A stretch of 64,000 nucleotides of DNA from Chara braunii (Eukaryota > Plantae > Charophyceae). Both the position numbers and the translations under genes were made by a program. Positions 1 through 10,566 of this stretch are shown here, one piece after another; the first letter of the stretch is position 1; each line of letters opens with the position of its first letter. The stretch lies in the NCBI GenBank assembly GCA_003427395.1, contig BFEA01000040.1, positions 3,039,954-3,103,953 on the forward strand, given 5' to 3'. The notes under the pieces are model-generated. The model did no database searches, had not been told where the DNA came from, and saw only the letters and a list, made by a program, of their open reading frames with translations.

Positions 1-73
<73 letters not shown>
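1..73. repeat. (GA)n microsatellite
   Basis: Perfect GA run. Similar runs occur at 3946-4008, 4201-4280, 15587-15682 and 23063-23307 (gapped). Confidence 0.97.
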
Positions 74-78
<5 letters not shown>

Positions 79-252
79 CGTTTATGTGCGAAAATGGCAA
101 ATGAAGGTACATATGGTGAGGGAAAAGTATGCATACATTTGAAATCCTAATCTCCCAAAGATCTCTTATTTTCAATGTATTGATAAATGTTCAATTCTTT
201 TGTTGAACTCTTTTGTAATCGCATTTAACGCAGGGAATTAGGAAGACTGCCG

Positions 253-1035
253 ATGTCGATGAAATCAATTCCCACAGCGGAAGGAGATTTCTACATGTGG
301 TTTCCACCTCTTGGTCATCCTATTTTAGACGTGAGGATGCTTGTGGATGAAGAGCTGGGAAAATTGAGAGAGAACACCAAATCGGTGCCCACCAAATTAG
401 AGCTGGTAACACTTTTGGATCGGGTACGAACGCTGGCGGATGAGGGTCTGAAAAACATGAACAATTATTACCACTCACTCCGTGTATTGGAGAAAGAACG
501 AGAGCGGTTAGAGGACGATATATGTTATATTAATGATCAGATGAAACAACGAAAAATACGTCTGAAGCGCTGAAAAATTACGAGGTGGAAAGATACTTTA
601 GAGCGAGTAGGCGTGCTGAAGGCGTTGGAGGTTGGTCATCAAGGAACACATGGTGTGGCATGTGTCCCTCCGAATACAAACAAAAGGTCTCGTGAGGGCA
701 CAAGTGATTCCAAGTCACCTACTCGTGAGCCTTTGGAACCATGCATTGATGATTCGTTTTGCATTTTGCAAAACGTGTGGCCAAACAACGACGAGTACAC
801 ACAATAAGACTTATGTGACGAGGAGCTAGAAAGGAGGAGATACACGGGTTTGCTCATGTACTCGATTGACACGATCAAATATCTGAAGAGCGAGTTCAAA
901 CTCGATAGTTGTGGGACATCTGACAAACTGCCTCCAGAGTTTAATAAGCATAGACATAATCTGCTAGATAGGAGTGATGAATTGATTGAAGCTTTAGTTC
1001 TTCACGCTGCACAATACGACGAGAGAGAGAAGTGA
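253..1035 (+). pseudogene. Unknown coiled-coil-rich cargo protein (~260 aa) with two in-frame stops
   Basis: ORFs 253-573, 613-807 and 850-1035 share one frame. They are separated only by TGA (571) and TAA (805), each one C>T change from CGA/CAA. Confidence 0.6.
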
Positions 1036-1605
1036 TTGAGTAATGAGCATCGAATCCAAATACGTCTACGAAGGTCGTTGTCATGACAGTGTGCGACTCG
1101 AAGTGAGAGGTAGAACAGATATATTCTAAAGACGATAGAGAGTGCAATTATGAATATCGAATGTGGAGTATTTCCGTTTCTGGGCAGTATAGTGTGTTTA
1201 TTGTCGTGTGTTTTTGAATCAAAGGAAACATGTGAACAACAGAGCTATCTTAGAAGATGATAAAACATGTCATAATACAATTGTCAAAACGACACAGTCG
1301 TATTGATGTTGGGGTAGTTCGCACTGAGCGATGTCCTTGTTGTTTTACATGACAATGTGTCGCGTATCGTACGGGGACTTTAGGGTTATCCTAAACATTA
1401 CGCAAACTTTTATGGAGTCAACATGAAGAAAACAAACAAACTTCAAATTTGTTTTTTTGTTTGAAAAAATTGGTGTCTGTCGAAAGGCATGCGAATGTTG
1501 TAATCGATGTGCGCTCATGTGTTGTAGACGTATGCTTTAATTGTTATGAACTTTTCTTTTTCTACTACGCAAGTTTCATTTTTTTCGTTGCTTGATACGA
1601 TCATC

Positions 1606-3045
1606 ATGTCGAGTGACTCCAGTTCGCAGCATCACGATGTTAGCAAATGGTGGGAAACTAGTGCTTGTCCGTCGTGTGCGCCTATTCACACAGGCATAGT
1701 GCAATTTCGTCCACCGACTTACATAAAACATGTTGTGAATTGGGAGCACGACTTGCTGCAACCAGGAGTGAGGGACGAAGAATTTTGTTTTGCTATGCGG
1801 AGTTGTGATGAGGGTTGGGTGTCGCTTGGGACAATTCCAGAAACCGTGTATATCATGTTTACGTCTTGCATTGTCCTTGACCGCGTCATTCGGGTTAGGA
1901 ATTATGACTTTTGCTGGCCATCTTCACGAGTCCTTGCTTGCGAAGGGGTTGTTGAGGTTAAATGATTTCTTTTACGATAATGTGGAATGCGGGTTGAATT
2001 GGTGCACGTCAAATGTGGATGTAGAAATAAAACATGAGAAGGATGAGAGAAGAAATCCAAGATACAGATGGGTTCCTTTTCAATTGCCTATTGTTATTTC
2101 GAAGATTGTTCTGAACGTGTTAGATCTTGTGGGAAACTATTGGGAGGCAACGTATAGCAAGGGAGAATTGTTGTCTCGCAAATTGTTAAGGTTAATGTAC
2201 GATTGACCTATTTTCCGCAATCCGCGTCTTTTGCATGTGATGGGTCTTATTCATTTGCCACCCAGGATTGCAGTGTGGTTGATGTTTGCGGATCCTGGGA
2301 GCGATATTCGAATTTGTTGGAGTGTGCGTGGGATCCTCTCAGTCGTTCACAGGGAGCATCATCTTGTTGCGACGTGTCCAAAACAATTATACAGAGTGAC
2401 AGGTTCCTGGAAGTGAACAACAATTGGGGATACTTTGTGAATTGGGTGGAAGGGAAGCTGCATCCAGCGTAATATAATGGGAAATGGACGATGGCAGCAC
2501 GCGGGGATAATGATTTTTGGGTTCCGTTGGGCTGTGTCCCGGAAGGATTGATGAGTCATCTCCATTACGTCGTTATCCTTTTGAAAGTATGCTTCGCAAA
2601 TGCCGGGGTGGGCGATACAACAGTCATAGAGGAGCATGCTAGGTGTTGCTTTGAGAAGATTGCTGTTAGTGAACGACAAATATTCACTGCTGCGTATGAC
2701 AAGATCTTTGATGATAATTTCTGGGTGCTACAATCGACAGTCATGATACGCTCCGAGGGACAATCTTTTTATGAACATCTTCCTGACCCTATAAGATCTT
2801 CAGCGCTTTTAGGGTGGGTACCTCTACAGTGTCCACTGAAATTTCCCGAGTCGGACCGATTGGAAATGATTTTCTTTGATCCACTTGGTGTCCCTTTCAC
2901 TTTGACTTACACCAATGGACTGCTAACATTCATCCAACCACACGGAATGACACACTTGACCGACATGACATCCCTCATAACATCTTTGGGGATAGATTCA
3001 CAAGCGAAGCAATTCATTGCTTAAGAGGTCAAACTGTCTTCCGAA
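1606..3045 (+). pseudogene. Unknown repeat-module protein, probably the N-terminal part of the H3-fold fusion gene
   Basis: ORF pieces 1546-1965, 1790-2206, 2203-2472 and 2491-3024 carry recurring modules: WVSLGTIPE/WVPLGCVPE and WVPFQLP..DLVGNYWEATYSKGELL/WVPLQCP..DPLGVPFTLTYTNGLL. The span 2203-3555 is one frame broken only by TAA 2470 and TAA 3022. Confidence 0.55.
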
Positions 3046-3555
3046 ATGCGGGGAAAAAAAAGGTTAGCTTCCAAACCGAAGACCATCGATTCTCAACAGT
3101 CTGGGAAGGCTGTGTCGATGCCTGGTGCAAAGAAAGCAAGTGTGAAACCAAAGAAGAGGATGCCTCCAGGCAAAGCAGCGCTGCAAGAAATTCAAAGATT
3201 GCAGAAAACCGAGAAGCTTCAGATTCCGAAGACAGCGTTTTATCGTTTTGTACATGAGCTTACACAGAAGAGAGATGAGACTGCTTGCATGCAGCTTATT
3301 GCACTCCAAGCTCTTCACGAGTTTTCAAAGCAGTGGCTGACAAGATTATTGGAAGATGTTATTTTGGTAGCATCCTGTGCTGGACGTGTGACAATCCTTC
3401 CGAAGGATCTTCACACTGTCATTCTGATACGAAATGATGATGTTAGCGATAGGTGGAAGAATAGAGCAATGAACAATGTAGCGCCACCTCCTTCGACAAG
3501 GTATGAAAAAGTCGCGGCAGAGACAAAAATGAGAAAAAAACAAAAAGAGAAATAG
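3046..3555 (+). CDS. Divergent histone H3-like (histone-fold) protein
   Basis: KPKKRMPPGKAALQEIQRLQKTEKLQIPKTAFYRFVHELTQ...LQALHEFSKQWLTRLLEDVILVASCAGRVTILPKDL aligns without gaps to H3 [41 protein letters not shown]...[36 protein letters not shown]. It has a non-canonical basic N-tail and a ~40-aa C-terminal extension. Confidence 0.9.
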   Translation: MRGKKRLASKPKTIDSQQSGKAVSMPGAKKASVKPKKRMPPGKAALQEIQRLQKTEKLQIPKTAFYRFVHELTQKRDETACMQLIALQALHEFSKQWLTRLLEDVILVASCAGRVTILPKDLHTVILIRNDDVSDRWKNRAMNNVAPPPSTRYEKVAAETKMRKKQKEK

Positions 3556-3942
3556 ATGTTGGAGCTGAAGTTAGTTGGGCATGATTTTGATGGGAGCAGC
3601 ACCACTTTCAGGACAACAGCCGTAGAGCAGCGCTGGAGGAGTGGAGGAGCAGGCTAGAATGAAAGGGTTGGCATAGGCCATGCCCACAAGGGAGAGAAAG
3701 ACCTACCTAGGTGTCATAGGTGGGATTTCATACCAGTCCGTAGTCCGACCTTCAACAGCGATCTGCATCGACAGTCTATTGCCATCGCTGATCAGTATTT
3801 ATTACACCGTCAGCAGGACGCAGAAAAAAAGAGGAGAGTTATTGTTTTTTTTCCCTCATGACCACGACTCTTCTCTGTTCGTCCATAGCCATTCATTTCG
3901 GCTAAAAACATATTGTCCTCATGCTTAATTTTTCTTCTTCCT

Positions 3943-4015
<73 letters not shown>

Positions 4016-4196
4016 CACATGAGGTGANNNNNNNNNNNNNNNNNNNNNNNNNNNNNNNNNNNNNNNNNNNNNNNNNNNNNNNNNNNNNNNNNNNNNNNNN
4101 NNNNNNNNNNNNNNNNNNNNNNNNNNNNNNNNNNNNNNNNNNNNNNNNNNNNNNNNNNNNNNNNNNNNNNNNNNNNNNNNNNNNNNNNNNNNNNNN

Positions 4197-4280
<84 letters not shown>

Positions 4281-4421
4281 CTTGCGGTATGGAATCACAC
4301 ATGAGGTGATGAGGGGGGCTGTGTTGTTTTCATGTATGCTGACGACGATCAAACACGTGTCGAATTTCATGTAAGTCCGTGTATGATTGTACATGTATCG
4401 GAGAGAATACGAATGAATGAT

Positions 4422-4480
4422 GTGAAGGTGGTCATGCTCCCTGCCGGTACGAGACCGCAAAAATGTCAACAACATTTTTA

Positions 4481-4529
<49 letters not shown>

Positions 4530-4549
4530 GTGCGCGCACACACACACAG

Positions 4550-4583
<34 letters not shown>

Positions 4584-4701
4584 ACACACACACACAAACA
4601 TCGCAATGAGTTAGGTTGTCGTAAAGGTGGTCATGCTACAATGACATTCGCCACCGCAAAAGTGCATGGAGCATGACCACCTTTACGACATCTCTCTCTC
4701 T

Positions 4702-4750
<49 letters not shown>

Positions 4751-4863
4751 ACACATATTGGGAGGAGGACTAGACGTCGTTAAGGTGCTCATGCTCCAAG
4801 CACATTCGCCACCGCAACAATGTTTGGAGCATGACCACATTTACGACATCTCTCTCTCTCTCA

Positions 4864-4910
<47 letters not shown>

Positions 4911-5029
4911 AGACACACACACACATACACACACATATTGGGAGGAGGAATAGACGTCGTAAAGGTGGTCATGTTCCAAGCACTTTCGTCACCACAACAA
5001 TGTTAGGAGCATGACCACCTTTACGACAC

Positions 5030-5072
<43 letters not shown>

Positions 5073-5227
5073 CTGTGCATGTGCGTCATTGGCGAAGGAA
5101 TAAACGTCGGAAAGGCACAGACACATACACACATAGGGAGGAGAAATGATGTTGTAAAGGTATTCATGCTCCAATCACATTCGCCACCGCAAGAGTGTTG
5201 GGAGCATGACCACCTTTACGACACGTT

Positions 5228-5275
<48 letters not shown>

Positions 5276-5295
5276 ACTGTCTCTCACACACACGA

Positions 5296-5361
<66 letters not shown>

Positions 5362-5904
5362 ACGCGCACACATACACGAATACACACACACAAACACACA
5401 CACACACACACATAGACACACATACACACACATATTGGGAGGAGGAATAAACGTCGTAAAGGTGGTCATGCTCCAAGCACATTCGCCACCGCAACAATGT
5501 TAGGAGCATGACCACCTTTACGACATCTNNNNNNNNNNNNNNNNNNNNNNNNNNNNNNNNNNNNNNNNNNNNNNNNNNNNNNNNNNNNNNNNNNNNNNNN
5601 NNNNNNNNNNNNNNNNNNNNNNNNNNNNNNNNNNNNNNNNNNNNNNNNNNNNNNNNNNNNNNNNNNNNNNNNNNNNNNNNNNNNNNNNNNNNNNNNNNNN
5701 NNNNNNNNNNNNNNNNNNNNNNNNNNNNNNNNNNNNNNNNNNNNNNNNNNNNNNNNNNNNNNNNNNNNNNNNNNNNNNNNNNNNNNNNNNNNNNNNNNNN
5801 NNNNNNNNNNNNNNNNNNNNNNNNNNNNNNNNNNNNNNNNNNNNNNNNNNNNNNNNNNNNNNNNNNNNNNNNNNNNNNNNNNNNNNNNNNNNNNNNNNNN
5901 NNNN

Positions 5905-5939
<35 letters not shown>

Positions 5940-5994
5940 CTGTGCATGTGCGTCATTGGCGAAGGAACGAACGTCGGAAAGGCGGTCATGCTCC
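4422..5994. repeat. Array of 72-bp hairpin units interleaved with (CT)n(CA)n microsatellites
   Basis: Units at 4618-4689, 4776-4847, 4956-5027, 5151-5222 and 5453-5524. Consensus is GTCGTAAAGGTGGTCATGCTCC-N28-GGAGCATGACCACCTTTACGAC (22-bp inverted arms). Half-units occur at ~4422 and ~5972, and there is an N gap at 5529-5904. Confidence 0.92.
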
Positions 5995-6145
5995 CTTCTC
6001 AAATGGCGAGCACAAAGTTTGGAGAGGATGACATTGGTCTGTGGATTGTATTAAAAAAAAATTACTCATGCCATTATATATCGTTCAATAAGTTTTCTTA
6101 CAAGTTTTTTTGCACAATCGTTATGACGACATGCATGAATGACAG

Positions 6146-7550
6146 ATGGAGATGAGTCATGAACAATGCCCACGCGCAATGGAGATGGTCCTCAAGTATG
6201 CAAAGGAAGACATTGACTACACAACTGAAACAGAGTTCGACGAATTGCGAAATTGCATACCATCATATTTCGATGTGCGCATTGATCGCGACATGACATT
6301 GGCACAGCATGCTCATGACATCTCTCAAGCGCTTGTTTTTTTGGCACAGCATAGTCGATAGGTTGTACGAGCAGGTCGAAATAGGCAAGTCGAAATCACG
6401 GACGTCGGGAGTGTATGATAAACGCACTTGGAAGGGGGATATGAAAAGGAAAGCGTTAGCTCATGGATATTTTATACTTGGTCGTCGTGATGTTATGAGA
6501 CCCGGATTAGAAAATTTGCTTGGTCTTGTACACTTGCGATGTGTTGTAGAGAAAGAGGACGTGCAATCTGTGTGCGAGTTGCCACGTGTGATTGCAAATG
6601 GTGGTGAGTACGTGATGCTGTCGCAGTGGACGAATTTGTGTCCATCATCCAGTCGTGCCCACATGTCTTTTAGTTATTTGGCTAGTATTGTTGAGATATT
6701 AGAAGGAGCCGAAGAGTTGTTGGAATACAATGCGATTGAATTTTCAGAGTCACAGTCCATAGCGGACAAGGCTATTGTGAAGTCCTTGGAGGCTCTTGCA
6801 AACACTNNATCGAATGAAGTACCACAAATTGTAAGAGAGTGTTGGGATGTTATGGNTGCANAATGCAGCGCAAGGGATGAAACATTGAAGTTGACATCCA
6901 ACGAAGGACCAGGCAACACGGTCGTGGTAAACAGCGGAAGGACAACCCCTCTAACATGTATGGATTTTGCTTTGGATTACAAATATCAAGGTCCAAAGGC
7001 AATGGGATTTGGTGAAAGTGAGGATGAGGGAGAGAGTTGTGATGATGAAATGGACGACGATGATGATAACGACAGCCTGTGAAAATTTTGGGATAATCAC
7101 GCGGACGGTTCATGTGATCCGCAAAAAGGATGGTGTCTCGCTGTTCTCCGTCTCGCGTTGACATTTGAAGAATGTCCTTCAACAATTTTGATTTGTTGTA
7201 CGGACATCACAATAGACGGACACTTACAGTATGATTTTTTGTCGAGATTTTCTTATTTGCATCCAAAAGGGAAATATATTTCGAAAGGTGGAAAAAATTG
7301 GTAAGTGTTAGTCAGTTGAGAATTGGCGATAGCCGCATCAAAGAGTTTCGACGGCGTGGCAGATTTTCTCACAAAGGTAGGGATAAATCTTTGTCATGGT
7401 CAAAAAGAGAGAACGGAGAGTGATGACATCGTCTTGTGGAGGCAGATTATGAATCATGTGGTGAGGGAAGGTTTGGCGGACCAGGAAAAAGAGAGCGGCG
7501 GACCTGTGAAGGGTAAGAGAAAGGCAAGTAGTGCTTGCGAGGAGGATTGA
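6146..7550 (+). pseudogene. Unknown cargo protein with acidic patch (frameshifted)
   Basis: ORFs 6146-6361 and 6309-7082 overlap at a T7 run (~6336-6342), suggesting a frameshift. An acidic tract reads ESEDEGESCDDEMDDDDDND. A further piece lies at 7323-7550. No family recognised. Confidence 0.5.
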
Positions 7551-7617
7551 AGCGACCATTCTTCCGTTGAAAGTTTTTCATTTTTAAGCAGGGTTGTGTT
7601 TCGTATATAATCCAATC

Positions 7618-7759
7618 TATGAACGACATATTTATGGTTTTTCAATTTGGAAATAGAAGTATTTTCATGCAAATCCAAAAACATTTTTTATGAACGACTT
7701 GTTTATGGTTTTTCAATTTGGAAATAGAAGTATTTTCATGCAAATCCAAAAACATTTTT
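7618..7759. repeat. ~71-bp direct tandem duplication upstream of the transposase
   Basis: ATGAACGAC..TTTATGGTTTTTCAATTTGGAAATAGAAGTATTTTCATGCAAATCCAAAA.CATTTTT occurs twice in tandem. Confidence 0.9.
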
Positions 7760-7948
7760 CATGAATGCATTGCTTAAAAAATATTGTGAATGCGTCCTCT
7801 TTTCTTAGTTGTGAAGAATAAATGATCGTCGTTCATGAATAAAGTAAACAATTAATATGTGACGGTCAATTTCATGTTTGTTGCATCAATGATGCAGTTG
7901 TATTACAGGAAGATAACCGTGACGTATTCTTGACCATATGATACGCAA

Positions 7949-10528
7949 ATGTCGAGGCACAGCAGGAATGTTGTCCCATGCTATGATTGCGGCCGCATAT
8001 TCAGTCGTACGAGCTTAATGGAGTCGCACAGTTCGAAGGGGTGCTTAGCTGAGATACAACGTACTGGAACTACTAGTGATGCTAACGACATGAGTTCAGA
8101 GAACGAACAAAATGATAATGCCGTGAATATGGACATGCACGAGAATGTCGAACCAATCATTGATGATATTGCAGAAGAGGCAAACAACATAGACGAAAAT
8201 GAATATTCATCGGATTATCGACTCACTGCAGTGATATGTTCTATGAGAGGAGGGTTGGGATTGTCAGATGCAGATGTGAATGCCTTGCTCTCCGTTATAT
8301 GTCACCCTTCTTTCGATGCAAGCCGGCTACCATATAGAAATTCTCGTACTTTGAAGGGTTGGTTACGTGGAAAGCATGCAGACAAATCTTGGGAGCACAT
8401 TGATATGAGGACAGATGATTGGCCGGCAGAAGCGAAGGCTGGACTTTGGGTGAGAAAATGGGATGTAGCATTTGAGACTGTGATTCGAGACGCACTGATG
8501 AACGACACTAACTATACGCTAGAGGCAGACTCAACATGTCATGAAGAAAACATGGTGTTCACGAATGCGAAATCGGCACAGTTTTGGAAACAAGCACAAG
8601 ACATAGTTCGAAATGACAAAGGATTAGATCGAAATGGACGCGTAAGATATGTTCTGCCATTTATTTTGTATTCCGACAAAACGAATATAGATGGTCGCAT
8701 GAAAACAAGCATGTATCCTCTGATGTTGTCACTCGCTGATAAGCCAGTACGAGCAACTTTGCTCGCATACTTGCCAATTCTTCAGACTTTGCCGTACACA
8801 CGAGGTTGGACCCATAGTTCATCTGCATTTATTCGCCGCAAAAGGTGTGTATTCCATGAGAGTCTGACTATTGTATTGAAGGATGCAAAAAAGGCCTCTC
8901 ATGACGGTATGAAACTTAACCTCCCGCGATACGGGAAAGTTACAGTACATCCGTTGCTGTTGAACTATGTGCAAGATCATCCAGAGAGATGTCTTCTGAC
9001 ACTTGTAAAGAACGGCAGATGTCCAAATTGCATTGTACTGAGCGAGAACTTACACGAACATATGGACTGCAACACGATTGTACGGACTGAAAATGTGGAT
9101 CGCGATATATTGCATGGTGTACATGATGGTTCTGATCCTGACGCTCGTGCAGCAGCGATGAAGAGAGCGCTGGACTGGGGGATGCATACTGACGATGTAA
9201 TGAATGGTTTGTGGGGTTTTTATCAAGGTCGTTGCGGTGACATTCTGATGTTAGATTACTATTATGCACTGCAAACAGACCGAATGCACACAGTAGATCA
9301 CGATATTTTTGAATACATTGTTGAAGCCTTAAAGAATATATGCAAATCATTTCAAACACCGTTGGAATGCTTGGAGAACTGGATGCTCGTTTAAAGTGCG
9401 TAAGCAATCGAGGGAATGTCACGTTTCAAAAGCTTATATTGCCGGTAACAACGGGGGTAGACTGTTTTACACGAGAGGGACGATTTAAAGCTAAGCAAAA
9501 TCGTGCCGTGATGACTGTCTTGTTGTCCATTGTGCACAACTTCCTGGACAATATAGAGGGACATGACTTTGTGAAGTGGTGTGACATGTTTCTCGAATAC
9601 TACATAAGCATGTTTCGAGTTGTTAAACACACGAAGCATTCCTTAGATAGATGTGACGCTTTGCTCGAAGACTTTATGACTTATACAAATATGCGTTTCA
9701 GACATCTGCAGAAGTAAAATTGGAATATAGTAAAAATGCATGATTTGAATAAATTCAGAGGACTGTAGAACGATCAGGGCCCCCGAACACTTTTGCAGCA
9801 GACATTTGAGAACACAATCACATTCGTTTTTGCAAAGATCCTTATAAAACATCAAATCGAAGAGATCCTTTAAAGCAAATGGTGGACCACGTTGTACGAG
9901 CAGATATTTTAGAAGAACACGTATCCGTTGTGAGAAGGAAGAGAAATAGAGAGGAAGAAAATTGGTCAACGGTCTTGGAGGCAGAGAGAACATGTCGTAT
10001 GAAGTTCACGATCACACTGTCATACGTCCCCGACCACATGTCGCACTTGCTTGCATACACGATGACTTTATTCAAAGAGCAGATGCACGAATCGTTAGAG
10101 CGACAAACTCGTTTCATGGTCGTGAGGTACGGAGTGATGTGAGTGTAAGGGGTCTCGATAACGACATTTGGTACGCTTGTGTGACAATATTTTTTGTGCT
10201 TCAAACCACAAAACGAGGATAAATGTTCAAGACGGAATGTGCATTTGTTCAATGGTACAAAGACTGCACGAGGAACTTCACAAATCGAACGTCATGTAAA
10301 TTGATAGAATGGGAGAGGAACAGAGGCGTGCAAATGAGTAGCATCATCGATATAGACACAATAATTCAACCAGAACATCTTGTACCACACTTCAAGCGAG
10401 CGGCGTTTAGTCATGATATAGACCGAGCAACGATAGAAAAAATGTTTTTTTTTCGTCAACTGGTTCACAATTATTATATAAGACTGTCTCCAAGTCTTCT
10501 TCTGCTGCCTTATACGTTTTTATTATAA
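7949..10528 (+). pseudogene. Plavaka-type (CACTA/EnSpm-related) DDE transposase with N-terminal C2H2/C2HC zinc finger; frameshifted
   Basis: Motifs in order: CYDCGRIFSRTSLMESHSSKGC finger; PFILYSDKT..YPLMLSL (first Asp); LLAYLP; FHESLTIVL; HPLLLNYVQDHPERCL..CPNC (second Asp); TDRMH (D/CxxH); KMHDL; C-terminal VRATNSFHG..SDVSV, AFVQWY and IIDIDTIIQPEHLVPHF. Breaks near 9340-9394, 9715, ~9770-9960 and 10220. Confidence 0.85.
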
Positions 10529-10566
10529 AATGCATCCTATTCTGCAGGTGTAACTATTGTACGATA

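Noticed and set aside
3046-3555. Canonical H3 or CenH3 gene symbol
   Set aside because: There is no canonical tail and no extended loop 1; phylogeny is needed.
4618-5524. CRISPR array or real ORFs in the hairpin/microsatellite region
   Set aside because: The spacers are microsatellites, and the ER/SL/HT/CV-repeat ORFs are translation artefacts.
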